A stretch of 64,000 bases of DNA from an uncultured delta proteobacterium (GTDB taxonomy: Bacteria; Desulfobacterota; Binatia; Binatales; Binataceae). Below the pieces are notes generated by a model. It saw only the letters and a list, made by a program, of their open reading frames with translations, did no database searches and was not told where the DNA came from. The translations under genes and the position numbers were made by a program. Position 1 is the stretch's first letter, and every line of letters starts with the position of its first letter. Location of the stretch: assembly GCA_963842085.1 (NCBI GenBank), contig CAWJET010000002.1, forward strand, positions 512,001-576,000. Direction: 5' to 3'. Positions 50,608 to 60,515 of the stretch are shown one piece after another.

Positions 50608-51027
50608 ATGAAGTCACGCCGATACAACCAGGATGGATTCACCCTGATTGAAATCATGGTGGTGATCCTGATTTTGGGCCTGCTCGCGACGATCGTCGTA
50701 CAGAGTCTGCGCGGCGCCGCCGACAAGGCCAAAAAGACCAAGGCTCAGGCCGACCTCGCCGAGATCAAGACCGCGCTCGATCGCTACTACCTCGACAACG
50801 GCTACTACCCGACCACCGACCAGGGTTTGAACGCGCTGGTCTCGCCGCCGACCAACGGCCGCGTGCCCGCCAATTACGAAAGCGGCGGCTATATCGAGCG
50901 CCTGCCGAATGATCCGTGGGGCACGCCCTACTTTTACCAGAGCGACGGAAACTCGTACGTTCTGAAATCGTTCGGCCCCGACGGCGTCGAAAGCTCGGAT
51001 GATATAGACGCCAGCCAATCGTCGTGA
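50608..51027 (+). CDS. gspG: Major pseudopilin
   Basis: GFTLIEIMVV, YPTT.QGL.AL, P.DPWG, S.GPDG; GGAGG before the ATG at 50608. Confidence 0.96.
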   Translation: MKSRRYNQDGFTLIEIMVVILILGLLATIVVQSLRGAADKAKKTKAQADLAEIKTALDRYYLDNGYYPTTDQGLNALVSPPTNGRVPANYESGGYIERLPNDPWGTPYFYQSDGNSYVLKSFGPDGVESSDDIDASQSS

Positions 51028-51034
51028 TGGCGCA

Positions 51035-51634
51035 ATGAAATCGGGAACCGTTTCAGCTTCCCGACCCGCCGCAGCGACGGCGCGCATGCGGCCGGCCGCG
51101 CCGCTGAAATCCTCGGCGCCGGGCTTCACGCTGCTCGAACTCGCGGTTGTAATCTTTATCATGGGCCTGATGCTGACGCTGGCGCTGCCGTATCTCGGCG
51201 GATTTCGCCAGGCCGCGCTGCGCAGCCAGGCGCGCCGGCTTGCGGGCCGCGCGACTTTTATGTTCGACGAGGCCACCGGCCACAAGCTGGTGCTGCGGCT
51301 TATCTTCGATTTGGACAATAACGGCTACGCGGCGGCGCAGCTCGATCCCTATGCCGTCAAGCCGGTGTTCGCGCCGGACACCAGCATGTCAGGACGGCCG
51401 GTAATGATGCCGGCGGCGATTCGGATTCGCGACGTAACCGTCGAGGGAATCGGCACCGTCAATCGCGGCGTCATCGCGACCAACTTCTATCCCGAAGGCT
51501 ACGTCGATGCGACCGTGGTGCATCTCGAAGACGCCTCGGGCGACGTGATGACGCTGGAATTTTCTCCGTTGACGGGCCAGGTCGCGATCGTCAGCGGCGA
51601 CGTGATGCCGGCCGGGATGAGGTTGCCGCAGTGA
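51035..51634 (+). CDS. gspH: Minor pseudopilin H
   Basis: GFTLLEL prepilin motif, FYPEG, position in the operon. Confidence 0.85.
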   Translation: MKSGTVSASRPAAATARMRPAAPLKSSAPGFTLLELAVVIFIMGLMLTLALPYLGGFRQAALRSQARRLAGRATFMFDEATGHKLVLRLIFDLDNNGYAAAQLDPYAVKPVFAPDTSMSGRPVMMPAAIRIRDVTVEGIGTVNRGVIATNFYPEGYVDATVVHLEDASGDVMTLEFSPLTGQVAIVSGDVMPAGMRLPQ

Positions 51635-52056
51635 GCCGGCTCACGAGGCGCGCGCCCGCGTTTACCCTGCTCGAGGTGATGGTCGCGATTGCGATCCTCG
51701 GCATCGCACTGCTCGGCCTGCTCGGCCTGCATCATCAGAGTATCCAGTCCGTCATCCGCGCGCAGCAGACGACGCGCGCCTCGATGCTGGCGCAGGCAGT
51801 GATGACGGAGGCCGAGATCGAGCGATTTCCGGACCTCGGCCTCACCCGCGGCAATTTCGAAGCGTCATTTCCCGGCGAGTTCCAGGACTTCCGATGGCAG
51901 CGCGACGTCGAGGCGTCGGGCATGTTTCCCGACGTTCGCAAAGTCCGGGTTCTGATCCAGTACGGTCCCGGGTTCACGCAAAACTTCTCGCTGGTCGAGT
52001 ACCTGCATTCGCCGATTCCGCCCGACCCGAGCCAGCTGCAGGCGCCGACGCCATGA
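51631..52056 (+). CDS. gspI: Minor pseudopilin I
   Basis: AFTLLEVMVA prepilin motif, position in the operon. Confidence 0.87.
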   Translation: MSRLTRRAPAFTLLEVMVAIAILGIALLGLLGLHHQSIQSVIRAQQTTRASMLAQAVMTEAEIERFPDLGLTRGNFEASFPGEFQDFRWQRDVEASGMFPDVRKVRVLIQYGPGFTQNFSLVEYLHSPIPPDPSQLQAPTP

Positions 52057-52721
52057 GCCGGCGGCATATCGGGGCCGGTCGCGCGCCGCGCGGCTTCACG
52101 CTCATCGAGATGATGCTGGCGATTGGCGTGCTGGCGCTGATCCTCGCGATGCTGGCCAGCTCGTTCAACGCCATCGCGCACAGCAAGGTGCACGCCGAGG
52201 GACGGCTGATGGTCGATCGCGAGGGGCGCGCGCTGCTGTGGCAATTGAGCAAGGAAGTGCGCAATGTCGTGCAGACTCCGTACGCGCCCAGCAATGTTGC
52301 CCTGTTTGGCAACGGCCGCATGGGCAACGGTCTGCCGATCGATACCATCACGATGTCCACCTTCAGCGGAGGCCATCGCCGCGCGCTCATCGGGATGATG
52401 CCCGAGACGATCGTCACCTACAATTTGACTCCGAATCCGGACCAGCCTGGCTGGTACCTGCTGCAACGGTCGCAGCAAAGCGGATTGCTGACGAGTACCG
52501 CCGCCCTGCAGTCGATGGTGCTCGCGGACAATGTGCTGTCGCTTCATTTCCGTTATTTCGACGGCCAGAAATGGGCCGAAAGCTGGGATTCGTCGAGTAT
52601 GCCGCGCGGAGTCCAGTTGCCGGTCGCGGTGGCCATCCAGATTCAGATGGCGGCGCCGGGCGGCCACGTGATGGACTTCGCGACCCAAGTCACCGTGCCG
52701 ATGGCGATACAGCAATGGTAA
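52053..52721 (+). CDS. gspJ: Minor pseudopilin J
   Basis: GFTLIEM, FRYFDG..W...WD, LP.AV; ATGA coupling. Confidence 0.88.
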   Translation: MSRRHIGAGRAPRGFTLIEMMLAIGVLALILAMLASSFNAIAHSKVHAEGRLMVDREGRALLWQLSKEVRNVVQTPYAPSNVALFGNGRMGNGLPIDTITMSTFSGGHRRALIGMMPETIVTYNLTPNPDQPGWYLLQRSQQSGLLTSTAALQSMVLADNVLSLHFRYFDGQKWAESWDSSSMPRGVQLPVAVAIQIQMAAPGGHVMDFATQVTVPMAIQQW

Positions 52722-53662
52722 CGCACCGGCGCAAGAGCGAGCGCGGCGTGGCGCTGCTGGCGGTGCTGCTGGGAGTCGCGCTGATGACGTTAATCGTCGT
52801 GGATTTCGCGATGACCTCCGGACTCGGATTCGTGTCGGCGGCGAACCAGGCCAACGAGCTGCGCGCCGGTTTCCTGGCGCGGTCGGGAGTCAATATCGGT
52901 CTCGCGCTGCTGGCGGCGGACGCGCGCTCTGACGCGCAATCCAAGGTTCCGATCGACACCTTGAGCGATGTCTGGGCGGTGCCGTTTCCGCCGATGGCAC
53001 TGGAGGGGGGTAATGTCTCGTTGTCGATCGTGGACGAAGCCCGCAAGCTGCCAATCAATGCGATGATCCAGAATGGCGGTCCCAACCAGGCTGCGATTCT
53101 AAAGATCGAGCGGTTATTCACCATCCTCGACGTGAACCCGGACCTGGTTCAGGGTATCATCCAGTGGATTACGCCGGGTGGCGCCAATGCGCCGGGCGGT
53201 GGCATCGGGGACTATTACATGGGGCTGAAGCCGCCGTATCAACCGCGCTACGGCCCGATGCCGACGCTGGGGGACTTGCAGATGGTACAGGGGTTCAACG
53301 AGGCGATTTTCAACCGGGTGAGCCCGTTTCTGACCGTGATGCCCGAGCCGGCGGTGAACGCCAACACCGCGTCGCCGCAAGTGCTGGCCGCGCTGGAGCC
53401 CGAATTGACGGAGGATCAGAAATTGGTTCAGGAGATTATCGAGGCCCGCACGATACGGCCGTTCTCCCAACCCACCGACCTCATGAACCTCCCCGACCTC
53501 AGCGCGGTCGCGCAACTCCTGTCGAAAGACGTCGTCATGCGCAGCCAATTTTTCACGATTAACGGGATGGGAACTTACGCCGGCGCCCGCAAAATCATTA
53601 CCGCAACCTTCCATCGCGAAGCCAGCGGCATCGGCACGCTGGCAGCGTGGCACGAGGACTAG
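52715..53662 (+). CDS. gspK: Minor pseudopilin K
   Basis: ERGVALL, D.L...WA, DE..K..IN, VNANTA, SQFF.I. Confidence 0.9.
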   Translation: MVTHRRKSERGVALLAVLLGVALMTLIVVDFAMTSGLGFVSAANQANELRAGFLARSGVNIGLALLAADARSDAQSKVPIDTLSDVWAVPFPPMALEGGNVSLSIVDEARKLPINAMIQNGGPNQAAILKIERLFTILDVNPDLVQGIIQWITPGGANAPGGGIGDYYMGLKPPYQPRYGPMPTLGDLQMVQGFNEAIFNRVSPFLTVMPEPAVNANTASPQVLAALEPELTEDQKLVQEIIEARTIRPFSQPTDLMNLPDLSAVAQLLSKDVVMRSQFFTINGMGTYAGARKIITATFHREASGIGTLAAWHED

Positions 53663-53677
53663 GCTCCAGGGCGCTTA

Positions 53678-55162
53678 ATGGCTCAACGAATACTGGCGCT
53701 GGAGCTGATGGGCGACCGCGTGCGCGCGGCGGTCGCGGAGCGCTCGTGGAATTCGTTCACTCTCGCCGGCGTGTACGACAAGGTTCGCGCCGACGACGAG
53801 GCCGACCTCAGTGGCGCGCTCTCGCGCCTGGTGGTCGAGACCGGCCAGCCTGACATCGTGATCTCCGCGCTGCCGGCCGACCGCGTGGTCAAACGGCTGC
53901 TCGAGCTGCCGTTCAAGGACGCGCGCCGGCTGCACCAGGTGGTTCCCTTCGCGCTGGAAGAGCATCTACCCTTCCCGGTTGACGACGGCGCGGTAGCGTT
54001 TACCCGCGTGGGACGCGCGGGTGACCATACGCTGGTCATGGCCGCGATGGTGCGCAAGACCGACCTGCAGCATCATCTCGATTTGCTGCAGAAGGCGGGA
54101 CTCGATCCCAAGACCGTCACGCTGGCGCCGCTGGCGCTGGCCGCGATGTTCACGCGCGCGCAGAACGGCGCCAAGCCGATGGCGCACCTGGTGGTCGAAG
54201 GCGACGAGGAGTCCACCTCGGTCGTGCTGACCGACCTGGGCGGAACGCCGCGCGCACTGCGTTCGATGCGGGGCGGCCTGATGATGTCCGACGGGTCGGC
54301 GGTCTCGCCCGACGCAGCCGCCCCGATTCTCAACTCGGTGCGTCAGACCCTGCTCGGACACGGCGAGGAAACCGAGGTAATCGTCGCGGGTGCGGCGGCG
54401 GCGCATCCGAAAGTGCGCGGGCTGCTGGCTGATTCGCTGGCCATGTCGGTGCGCGACGGCGGCGCGTTCGACTACAGCGGGATTTTCGAAGGCTCGGTGC
54501 CGCACACCGGCAAGTATTCATCGTGCGTTGCGATGTTGCTGGGCGAGTCGCCGAGCAAGCCGCTCGACCTGATCAATTTCCGCCAGGGCGAATTCCTTTT
54601 CCGCGGACGCGTCCGCGGCGACTTGAGCCCCTTCTACACCTCGGGCATCCTCGCCGCCGCGCTGCTGGCCGTGACCATATTTCATTTCGCGCTGGGCGTG
54701 TCCGCCAATCTCCATCGGCTCCATCAGCTCAACGCCGAAATCTCCGCCGTCGCCGGACCGGTCCTTGGCGAAACCGACCCCGCCAACGCCAGGGCGCAGC
54801 TGAAGATCGGAATCGCGAAGATGAATAAACGGCTGAGTCTGATCGGCGGCAACCTTACGCACTCGCCGCTCGACACGCTGGTGGCGGTGTCAAGCGCGCT
54901 GCCGTCGCGATTTCCGGTCCAGATGGCCGACGTTCAGATCGACTCCAACGGCTTGCGCGTTACTGGCCAGGCGGATTCGTTCGCGACGGTCGATCAGGCC
55001 AAAAGAGCGCTCGACGCAAGCGGTTACTTCGGCTCGATCGAAGTTGCGCATGCCAAGGCCGGCTCGGATCCGAGCAAAGTGGATTTTCGGATGGACGCAA
55101 ACTTCAAGGACGCGACCCCGGCGACCGAGCGCGACGAAGCGCCGGATGAGCGCGACGAATAG
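53678..55162 (+). CDS. gspL: Type II secretion protein L (PilM/PilN-like)
   Basis: Actin-like N-domain (LELPF, VPFALEE.LPF), INFRQGEF, single TM, C-terminal domain. Confidence 0.85.
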   Translation: MAQRILALELMGDRVRAAVAERSWNSFTLAGVYDKVRADDEADLSGALSRLVVETGQPDIVISALPADRVVKRLLELPFKDARRLHQVVPFALEEHLPFPVDDGAVAFTRVGRAGDHTLVMAAMVRKTDLQHHLDLLQKAGLDPKTVTLAPLALAAMFTRAQNGAKPMAHLVVEGDEESTSVVLTDLGGTPRALRSMRGGLMMSDGSAVSPDAAAPILNSVRQTLLGHGEETEVIVAGAAAAHPKVRGLLADSLAMSVRDGGAFDYSGIFEGSVPHTGKYSSCVAMLLGESPSKPLDLINFRQGEFLFRGRVRGDLSPFYTSGILAAALLAVTIFHFALGVSANLHRLHQLNAEISAVAGPVLGETDPANARAQLKIGIAKMNKRLSLIGGNLTHSPLDTLVAVSSALPSRFPVQMADVQIDSNGLRVTGQADSFATVDQAKRALDASGYFGSIEVAHAKAGSDPSKVDFRMDANFKDATPATERDEAPDERDE

Positions 55163-55167
55163 CTGCC

Positions 55168-55812
55168 ATGCTTAGAGAATGGATTGAAAGTTTGCGCGCG
55201 CGAGCGATGGATTTGCTCCGCCCCTACCTCAAGCAGGCCGCGGCGCGCGTCGACCCGCTGATCGCGCAGGCGCGCGGCCGCTACCAGAAACTCGAACCGC
55301 GCGAACGCATCCTGGTGCAAATCGCCGCCGGCCTGTTCGGCGTCTTTCTCCTTTACAACCTGATCTACACCCCCATCGTGGATCTGAGCTCGGGGCTGCA
55401 GGACAGGATTGTGCAGCGGCAACAGGATCTGGTAGAAATCCGCCGGCTCGCCACGACCTATGCGCAGCTCAAGGAGGACCTCGCCAAAGCCGAGCGGCAT
55501 ACGGTTCCACTGGGCAAGGATTTCTCGCTGTTCTCCGTGATCGAAGCGTCGATGACCAAGAGCGTCGGGCGCGCGAAGATCGGCTCGATCACACCCGGCT
55601 CCGATCGCAAGCTTGCCGACGGGTTCACCGAGTACAGCGTGCAGTTGAAGCTCGACAACGTAAATCTCACGCAGTTGGTTGACGCGCTCTACGGCATCAA
55701 CTCTCTGCCGATGCCGGTCGGCGTCTCGAATATTCGCATCCAGCGCCGCACCCAGGATACTCATTCGTACGACGTTGACCTCACCTGTGTTGCGCTCGCC
55801 AAGAACACCTGA
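55168..55812 (+). CDS. gspM: Type II secretion protein M
   Basis: L.PRER followed by a TM and coiled coil; position in the operon. Confidence 0.85.
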   Translation: MLREWIESLRARAMDLLRPYLKQAAARVDPLIAQARGRYQKLEPRERILVQIAAGLFGVFLLYNLIYTPIVDLSSGLQDRIVQRQQDLVEIRRLATTYAQLKEDLAKAERHTVPLGKDFSLFSVIEASMTKSVGRAKIGSITPGSDRKLADGFTEYSVQLKLDNVNLTQLVDALYGINSLPMPVGVSNIRIQRRTQDTHSYDVDLTCVALAKNT

Positions 55813-56653
55813 CGCGTCCGCGCCATACCGGGGAACACGCCTCGTTCGAGTCGGCTATGCGGTCGTCGGGCTGGCGCTGTTCGCGGCGTACCTGATTTGG
55901 ACCTTTCCCTACTCCACCACCCTCACGGAGGTCCTCGCGCCGATGGGCCTCGAAGTTTCCAGCACGAGTCAGAGCGCCAGCTTTCCGTTCGGGGCGCGGC
56001 TGGCGGGCGTGCGCCTGAGCTCGACCCGGCCCGCGTCCGCCGGTCTGCTGCTCGAGAGCCCGGCGGTCACGATCGCTCCCGCGTTTCTCTCGATGCTCAC
56101 GTTGCATCCCGGCGTTCGCGTCAAAGCCACGCTTTACGACGGCATGGTGAACCTCATGCTGAGGCCAAGCGGCGGCGGCACCGCCATAACCTACGACCTC
56201 GACTCGGTCGAGCTCGCCCGTCAGCGCCTGTTCACGATTCCCGGCGCGAGTGCCACCGGCGCGCTTTCCGGAAGCGGCAATCTGTTGCTCTCTTCCAGCG
56301 ACGTCGCGGAGAGCGGCGACGGTGCCTTGAGCGCGGCGGGATTGACGTTTACGTCACCGTTCGCGAACTCACCGATCCGTCTCGGCCGCGGACATTCAAA
56401 GTTCAAACTGGATCAAGGAACGCTGACGATCGAGGAATTCACGACCAGCGGCGGCGATTTGATACTCACCGCCACCGGGACGGTCCAGCTCGCGCCCAAC
56501 CCGGGCGAAAGCGTGCTCGCGCTCCAATTCACTCTCTCCACGGCTCCCGCCGCCGCCTCGCGATTGGCAGTCCTGCTCGCGATGCTGCCGCATCCACCCG
56601 GCCCGCAGCCCTATCGCTTGACCGGCACGCTCAACGCTCCGCGAATTAGTTGA
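55790..56653 (+). CDS. gspN: Type II secretion protein N
   Basis: N-terminal TM then TFPY, beta-rich body, C-terminal L.GTL..P; start approximate. Confidence 0.8.
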   Translation: MRSPRTPDASAPYRGTRLVRVGYAVVGLALFAAYLIWTFPYSTTLTEVLAPMGLEVSSTSQSASFPFGARLAGVRLSSTRPASAGLLLESPAVTIAPAFLSMLTLHPGVRVKATLYDGMVNLMLRPSGGGTAITYDLDSVELARQRLFTIPGASATGALSGSGNLLLSSSDVAESGDGALSAAGLTFTSPFANSPIRLGRGHSKFKLDQGTLTIEEFTTSGGDLILTATGTVQLAPNPGESVLALQFTLSTAPAAASRLAVLLAMLPHPPGPQPYRLTGTLNAPRIS

Positions 56654-56657
56654 TCGA

Positions 56658-57419
56658 TCACGCCGGCGCGGACTTGAAAAATTCCAGCACCGCATCCTTG
56701 TAAAGTTTGTCGCCAGGAGCGCTCAAATGATCGCGTCCTTCGAGCATCACGAGCTTGCTGCCCGGAATCGCGTCGTGCAGCAGCTTGGGATTTCCGACCA
56801 GCAGGTCCTTGGTCCCGATAACAATCATGACCGGCACTCGAATCTTCGCCGCCGCGATGCGCTCGGCGGTGAAATCTTCGCGATTCGACCCCATGCACGC
56901 CGCCAATGCCTTCAGGTCGTTGCCGGTGATCTCCGCGAATTGACGAAACTCTCGCGCCCGCTGATCGGTAACTCCCGAGATACTCTCGGCTAGCAGCGCA
57001 TCGACGATCGGTTTGCGATCGAAAGACGGCGCCGTCGCTGACGCCGCCCCGATTCCGCCAAGCACTGCCGCGCGCAGACGCTCCGGATGCAACATCAGCA
57101 GGCCTGTCACTATTCGCCCGCCCATCGAATAGCCCATGATCAACGTGCGCTTGATTCCCAAGTGATCCATCAGCCGGATCACGTCGTCGCCCATCGTCTC
57201 GCCGCCGTACGCCGCCGGATCGTGCGGCTTGCCGCTCTTGCCGTGACCGCGGCAATCGAGCGCAACGACGCGGTAGTGCGGCGCGAGCGTGGTGAACCAG
57301 TTCATCGCGCCCCAGTTATGCTCCGCGCGCGACGCAAAGCCGTGCACCAGCACCACAGGCTCGCCACTGCCATGCTCCTCGAAATAAATCTGCACGCCGT
57401 TGGAATCGAAGTAAGCCAT
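56658..57419 (-). CDS. Alpha/beta hydrolase
   Basis: VHGF, D.RGHG.S, GYSMGG, GTKD, DH. Confidence 0.92.
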   Translation of the reverse strand: MAYFDSNGVQIYFEEHGSGEPVVLVHGFASRAEHNWGAMNWFTTLAPHYRVVALDCRGHGKSGKPHDPAAYGGETMGDDVIRLMDHLGIKRTLIMGYSMGGRIVTGLLMLHPERLRAAVLGGIGAASATAPSFDRKPIVDALLAESISGVTDQRAREFRQFAEITGNDLKALAACMGSNREDFTAERIAAAKIRVPVMIVIGTKDLLVGNPKLLHDAIPGSKLVMLEGRDHLSAPGDKLYKDAVLEFFKSAPA

Positions 57420-57491
57420 AGTTCAACACTCCTGCTTCTTGTCGCCATAATCGAACAGCCGCACGATCTGCGCAAACCAAACTCGCACGTC

Positions 57492-57749
57492 TGTCATCCT
57501 GATCGAAGTGATCGTTCGCGATCTTTTCTCTGTCATTCTGACCGAAGCGAGCAACCGCCATCTGTCATCCTGACGACGCGAGCAACGCGAGCGGCAGGAA
57601 GGATCTCGGACAGCTTCGCGCCAGCGAAGCCGGTACCGGTTTTGAGTCGCTGCCTCCCATCCTTGTCATCCTGACGACGCGAGCGACGCGAGCGGCAGGA
57701 AGGATCTCGGACAGCTTCACGCCAGCGAAGCCGGTACCGGTTTTGACTC
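57492..57749 (+). repeat. Family A cluster: two short termini plus two tandem half-elements (57563-57648, 57664-57749)
   Basis: TGTCAT(C/T)CTGA at 57492, 57531, 57563 and 57664; 101-bp direct-repeat period; both halves end at GGTACCGGTTTTGA. Confidence 0.88.
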
Positions 57750-57935
57750 AATTCTGCGGATGAACTGTTCAGCCTGACCCCGACGGATTTTCTGTGCTAA
57801 ACGTACGGCATGGACGATCCGACAGGATGCCCCACGCTCGTTGTCTTCGGGGCGAAGATCCGGCGACATCCGCTTGGGGGCGAAAACAATTTTTGACGGA
57901 ACGAACCCACCGATGGTGATGGAGCCGTCGCAAAA

Positions 57936-57983
57936 CCACAACATATGGTATACACCTCCCCTTTCGGCTCCTACTACTAGTTC
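57936..57983. promoter_or_regulatory. Putative tandem NrdR boxes
   Basis: CCACAACATATGGTAT (57936-57951) fits acaCwAtATaTwGtgt; weaker CTCCTACTACTAGTTC starts 32 bp later. Confidence 0.5.
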
Positions 57984-58014
57984 AGCTTTAAGGTGAATCA
58001 GGACGGACTTCCAG

Positions 58015-59025
58015 ATGCCATCAAATCAAAAGCTCGGACTTCAGACCTCGGTTGGCGTCGGCGCCGACGCGCTGGCCGGCCGCCTCGCTCTCATCCGCGA
58101 GGCCGAGGACCTCGGCTACACCTCCCTGTGGATCGCGGAGGTCAGCGGACCCGACGCGTTCGTCAGTCTCGCCGCGCTCGCGCTCAACACGCGCAAAGCC
58201 GAACTGGCCACCGGAGTCATACCGATTCAGATTCGCACGCCGGGCGCGATGGCGATGGGATTCCTCACCATCAACGAGCTCTCCGGCGGCCGCGCGATTG
58301 CGGGTCTGGGCGTGTCGAGTCCGATCATCGTCGAGCGATGGCACGGCGCGGCGTATCGCAAACCGGTCACCGCGATGCGCGAATGCGTCGCGATTATGCG
58401 CCAGTTGTTCACCGAGGGACGCTCGAAGTTCCAGGGCGAGGTGTACAAGTCCGATTTCAGGCTGGGCATGCGCATCACGGCGCCGCATCCGCCGAAGATT
58501 TATCTGGCAGGGCTGAATGCCCCGATGCTTCGACTCGCCGGCGAAGTTGCCGACGGTGTGTTGATGAACTACTCACCGCCCGAGGCAATCGCGCCGATGG
58601 TGCAGCACATCAGTGAAGGCGCCAAGGCCGCGGGGCGCGATCCGTCCGCCGTCGATGTCGGCATCTACATCCGCATGTGCATCACCGAGGACGAGGACAA
58701 GGCCGTCGATTCATTCCGGCGCGAGCTCGCGGGCTACGCATTCGTGGACAGCTACAACAAGATGTTCGCGCGCTATGGACTCGCAGCGGAGTTCGACGAG
58801 GTGCGCGCGCTGTGGAAGGACGGCAAGCGCGATGAGGCTCCCAGAGCCATCTCGGAAGCGTCATGCCGCAAGATCTCGGTGTTCGGTCCTGCCAAGGCTG
58901 GCCGCGATTTCGTCGCGCGATTCCGCGCCGCCGGCGTGACCCATCCCGTGGTCTTTCCGATCGGCCCGGCCGCCACCGCGTCGCGCGATTATCCCAACAC
59001 GATGCGCGCGCTGGTGGGAGCCTGA
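58015..59025 (+). CDS. LLM-class (luciferase-like) oxidoreductase, probably F420-dependent
   Basis: AEDLGY.SLW.AE, RTP...AM, SGGR...GLG.S, IYLAG....ML.LAGE.ADG; cofactor is inferred. Confidence 0.85.
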   Translation: MPSNQKLGLQTSVGVGADALAGRLALIREAEDLGYTSLWIAEVSGPDAFVSLAALALNTRKAELATGVIPIQIRTPGAMAMGFLTINELSGGRAIAGLGVSSPIIVERWHGAAYRKPVTAMRECVAIMRQLFTEGRSKFQGEVYKSDFRLGMRITAPHPPKIYLAGLNAPMLRLAGEVADGVLMNYSPPEAIAPMVQHISEGAKAAGRDPSAVDVGIYIRMCITEDEDKAVDSFRRELAGYAFVDSYNKMFARYGLAAEFDEVRALWKDGKRDEAPRAISEASCRKISVFGPAKAGRDFVARFRAAGVTHPVVFPIGPAATASRDYPNTMRALVGA

Positions 59026-59038
59026 CATCTGCCGCCAA

Positions 59039-59845
59039 CTACCTGCCCTTGTAGTTCGGCTTGCGCTTCTCCATGAACGAGCGCGGGCCTTCCTTCGCGT
59101 CCTCGGACTTCATCACTTCGCGCGCAATTTCGTTTTCGATCTTGAAGGCCTCTTCGTACGGACGCCCCGACGTTCGCCGCACCGCCTCTTTGATCTTCCG
59201 CACCGCCAACGGACCATTTTGGGCGATCGTCGCCGCCAGTTCCTCCGCCTTCGCGATCAATTGGTCCTGCGGCACGACGTAGTTGACCAGCCCCAACCGC
59301 CATGCCTCCTGCGCATCGATCCGGTTGCCGGTCAGCAGAATCTCCATCGCCTTACAGTACGGAATCTGGCGTTGCAGCCGCGCCAGCGAGCCGGCGGCCG
59401 GGATGATCGCCCACTTCACTTCCTGCAAGCCGAAGCTCGCGTTCTCCGACGCAACCCGAAGATCGGTGCCCTGGATGAATTCCATTCCGCCCGCGATGCA
59501 AAATCCGTTGACCGCGGAAATAACCGGCTTGTCCATATCGTAGCCGCGCAGCAGCGCGATGTCGCCCAGCTTGCGGTCGGCGAGCAGCTTGCTGTCCCAC
59601 TCGTCCTCGGGCTTTCGCGCGCCAGTGAACAGCGGAATCAGCCGCCCCAGGTCGGCGCCGGCCGAGAATGCGACATTGCCCGCGCCGGTCACGATTGTTG
59701 CGCGAATCGCGTCGTCGGCATCGATCTCCTTCCACGCGGCCGCCAGGCTGACGAGCATCTCGGGATTCAGCGAATTGTGGACCTCAGGCCGGTTGAGTGT
59801 GAGGTAAGCGACGTGATTCCGTTTTTCGAATATCAACGCGGGCAT
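59039..59845 (-). CDS. Enoyl-CoA hydratase/isomerase
   Basis: LNRPE..N, FSAGADL, KPVISAVNG.CIAGG.E, FGLQE. Confidence 0.93.
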   Translation of the reverse strand: MPALIFEKRNHVAYLTLNRPEVHNSLNPEMLVSLAAAWKEIDADDAIRATIVTGAGNVAFSAGADLGRLIPLFTGARKPEDEWDSKLLADRKLGDIALLRGYDMDKPVISAVNGFCIAGGMEFIQGTDLRVASENASFGLQEVKWAIIPAAGSLARLQRQIPYCKAMEILLTGNRIDAQEAWRLGLVNYVVPQDQLIAKAEELAATIAQNGPLAVRKIKEAVRRTSGRPYEEAFKIENEIAREVMKSEDAKEGPRSFMEKRKPNYKGR

Positions 59846-60014
59846 GATTCGCTCCTTTTGCTTGCTGTGCGAATGGTTCCAGTCAGCGCGCAGCGGCCTC
59901 GCGAAGTTACCATCAAAGCGTGTTCGCGAGCCATGCCCGTGCCTTTACCCGCCGCTTCGCCGGTCGTTATGATCTTATGAGACTCGCGGCCTCGCACCCG
60001 TCAAAGGAGGAGTC

Positions 60015-60500
60015 ATGAAGCTACTCGTCGCATCGATCATAACGCCGCTTTGTCTTTCCATCCTTACGCCCGCATTCGCAATCGAAACCCCGCGTATCGT
60101 CCCGAGGATGCAGGAGATACCGAGACCCGTAGACGAAGTCTTCGCCGCCCTGAAAAGATACTTCAATGACTCGCAACTGAGCAGTTTCCAGCTCGTCCGC
60201 GAGGATAAGCGAACCCACACCCTCGTCGCCAAGCAGTCGGGCATCGCCGACGAATCGTGGAACAAGTGGGCTTTCTGCGAGACTGGCCCCGTTCAGATGA
60301 TCTACAAGCTGGAAGACGGCACGGTAACCGTAACCGTCAAGCTCGAGAAAGCGACCCCGCATTCCACGCTCGTCTCCGTGTCGGCGGACTTCCAGGGCAC
60401 CTACGGGCTCGGCGCCAATCAAAACAAAGTAGCTTGCACGTCGAAATTCGTTCTCGAGGACAACATACTGGCCGCGGCGGGCGCCGCGCCCGCAAAGTGA
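60015..60500 (+). CDS. Secreted hypothetical protein
   Basis: AGGAGG RBS, Sec signal peptide ending AFA, two Cys in the mature region. Confidence 0.8.
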   Translation: MKLLVASIITPLCLSILTPAFAIETPRIVPRMQEIPRPVDEVFAALKRYFNDSQLSSFQLVREDKRTHTLVAKQSGIADESWNKWAFCETGPVQMIYKLEDGTVTVTVKLEKATPHSTLVSVSADFQGTYGLGANQNKVACTSKFVLEDNILAAAGAAPAK

Positions 60501-60515
60501 GCCGGCGCGATTTGA

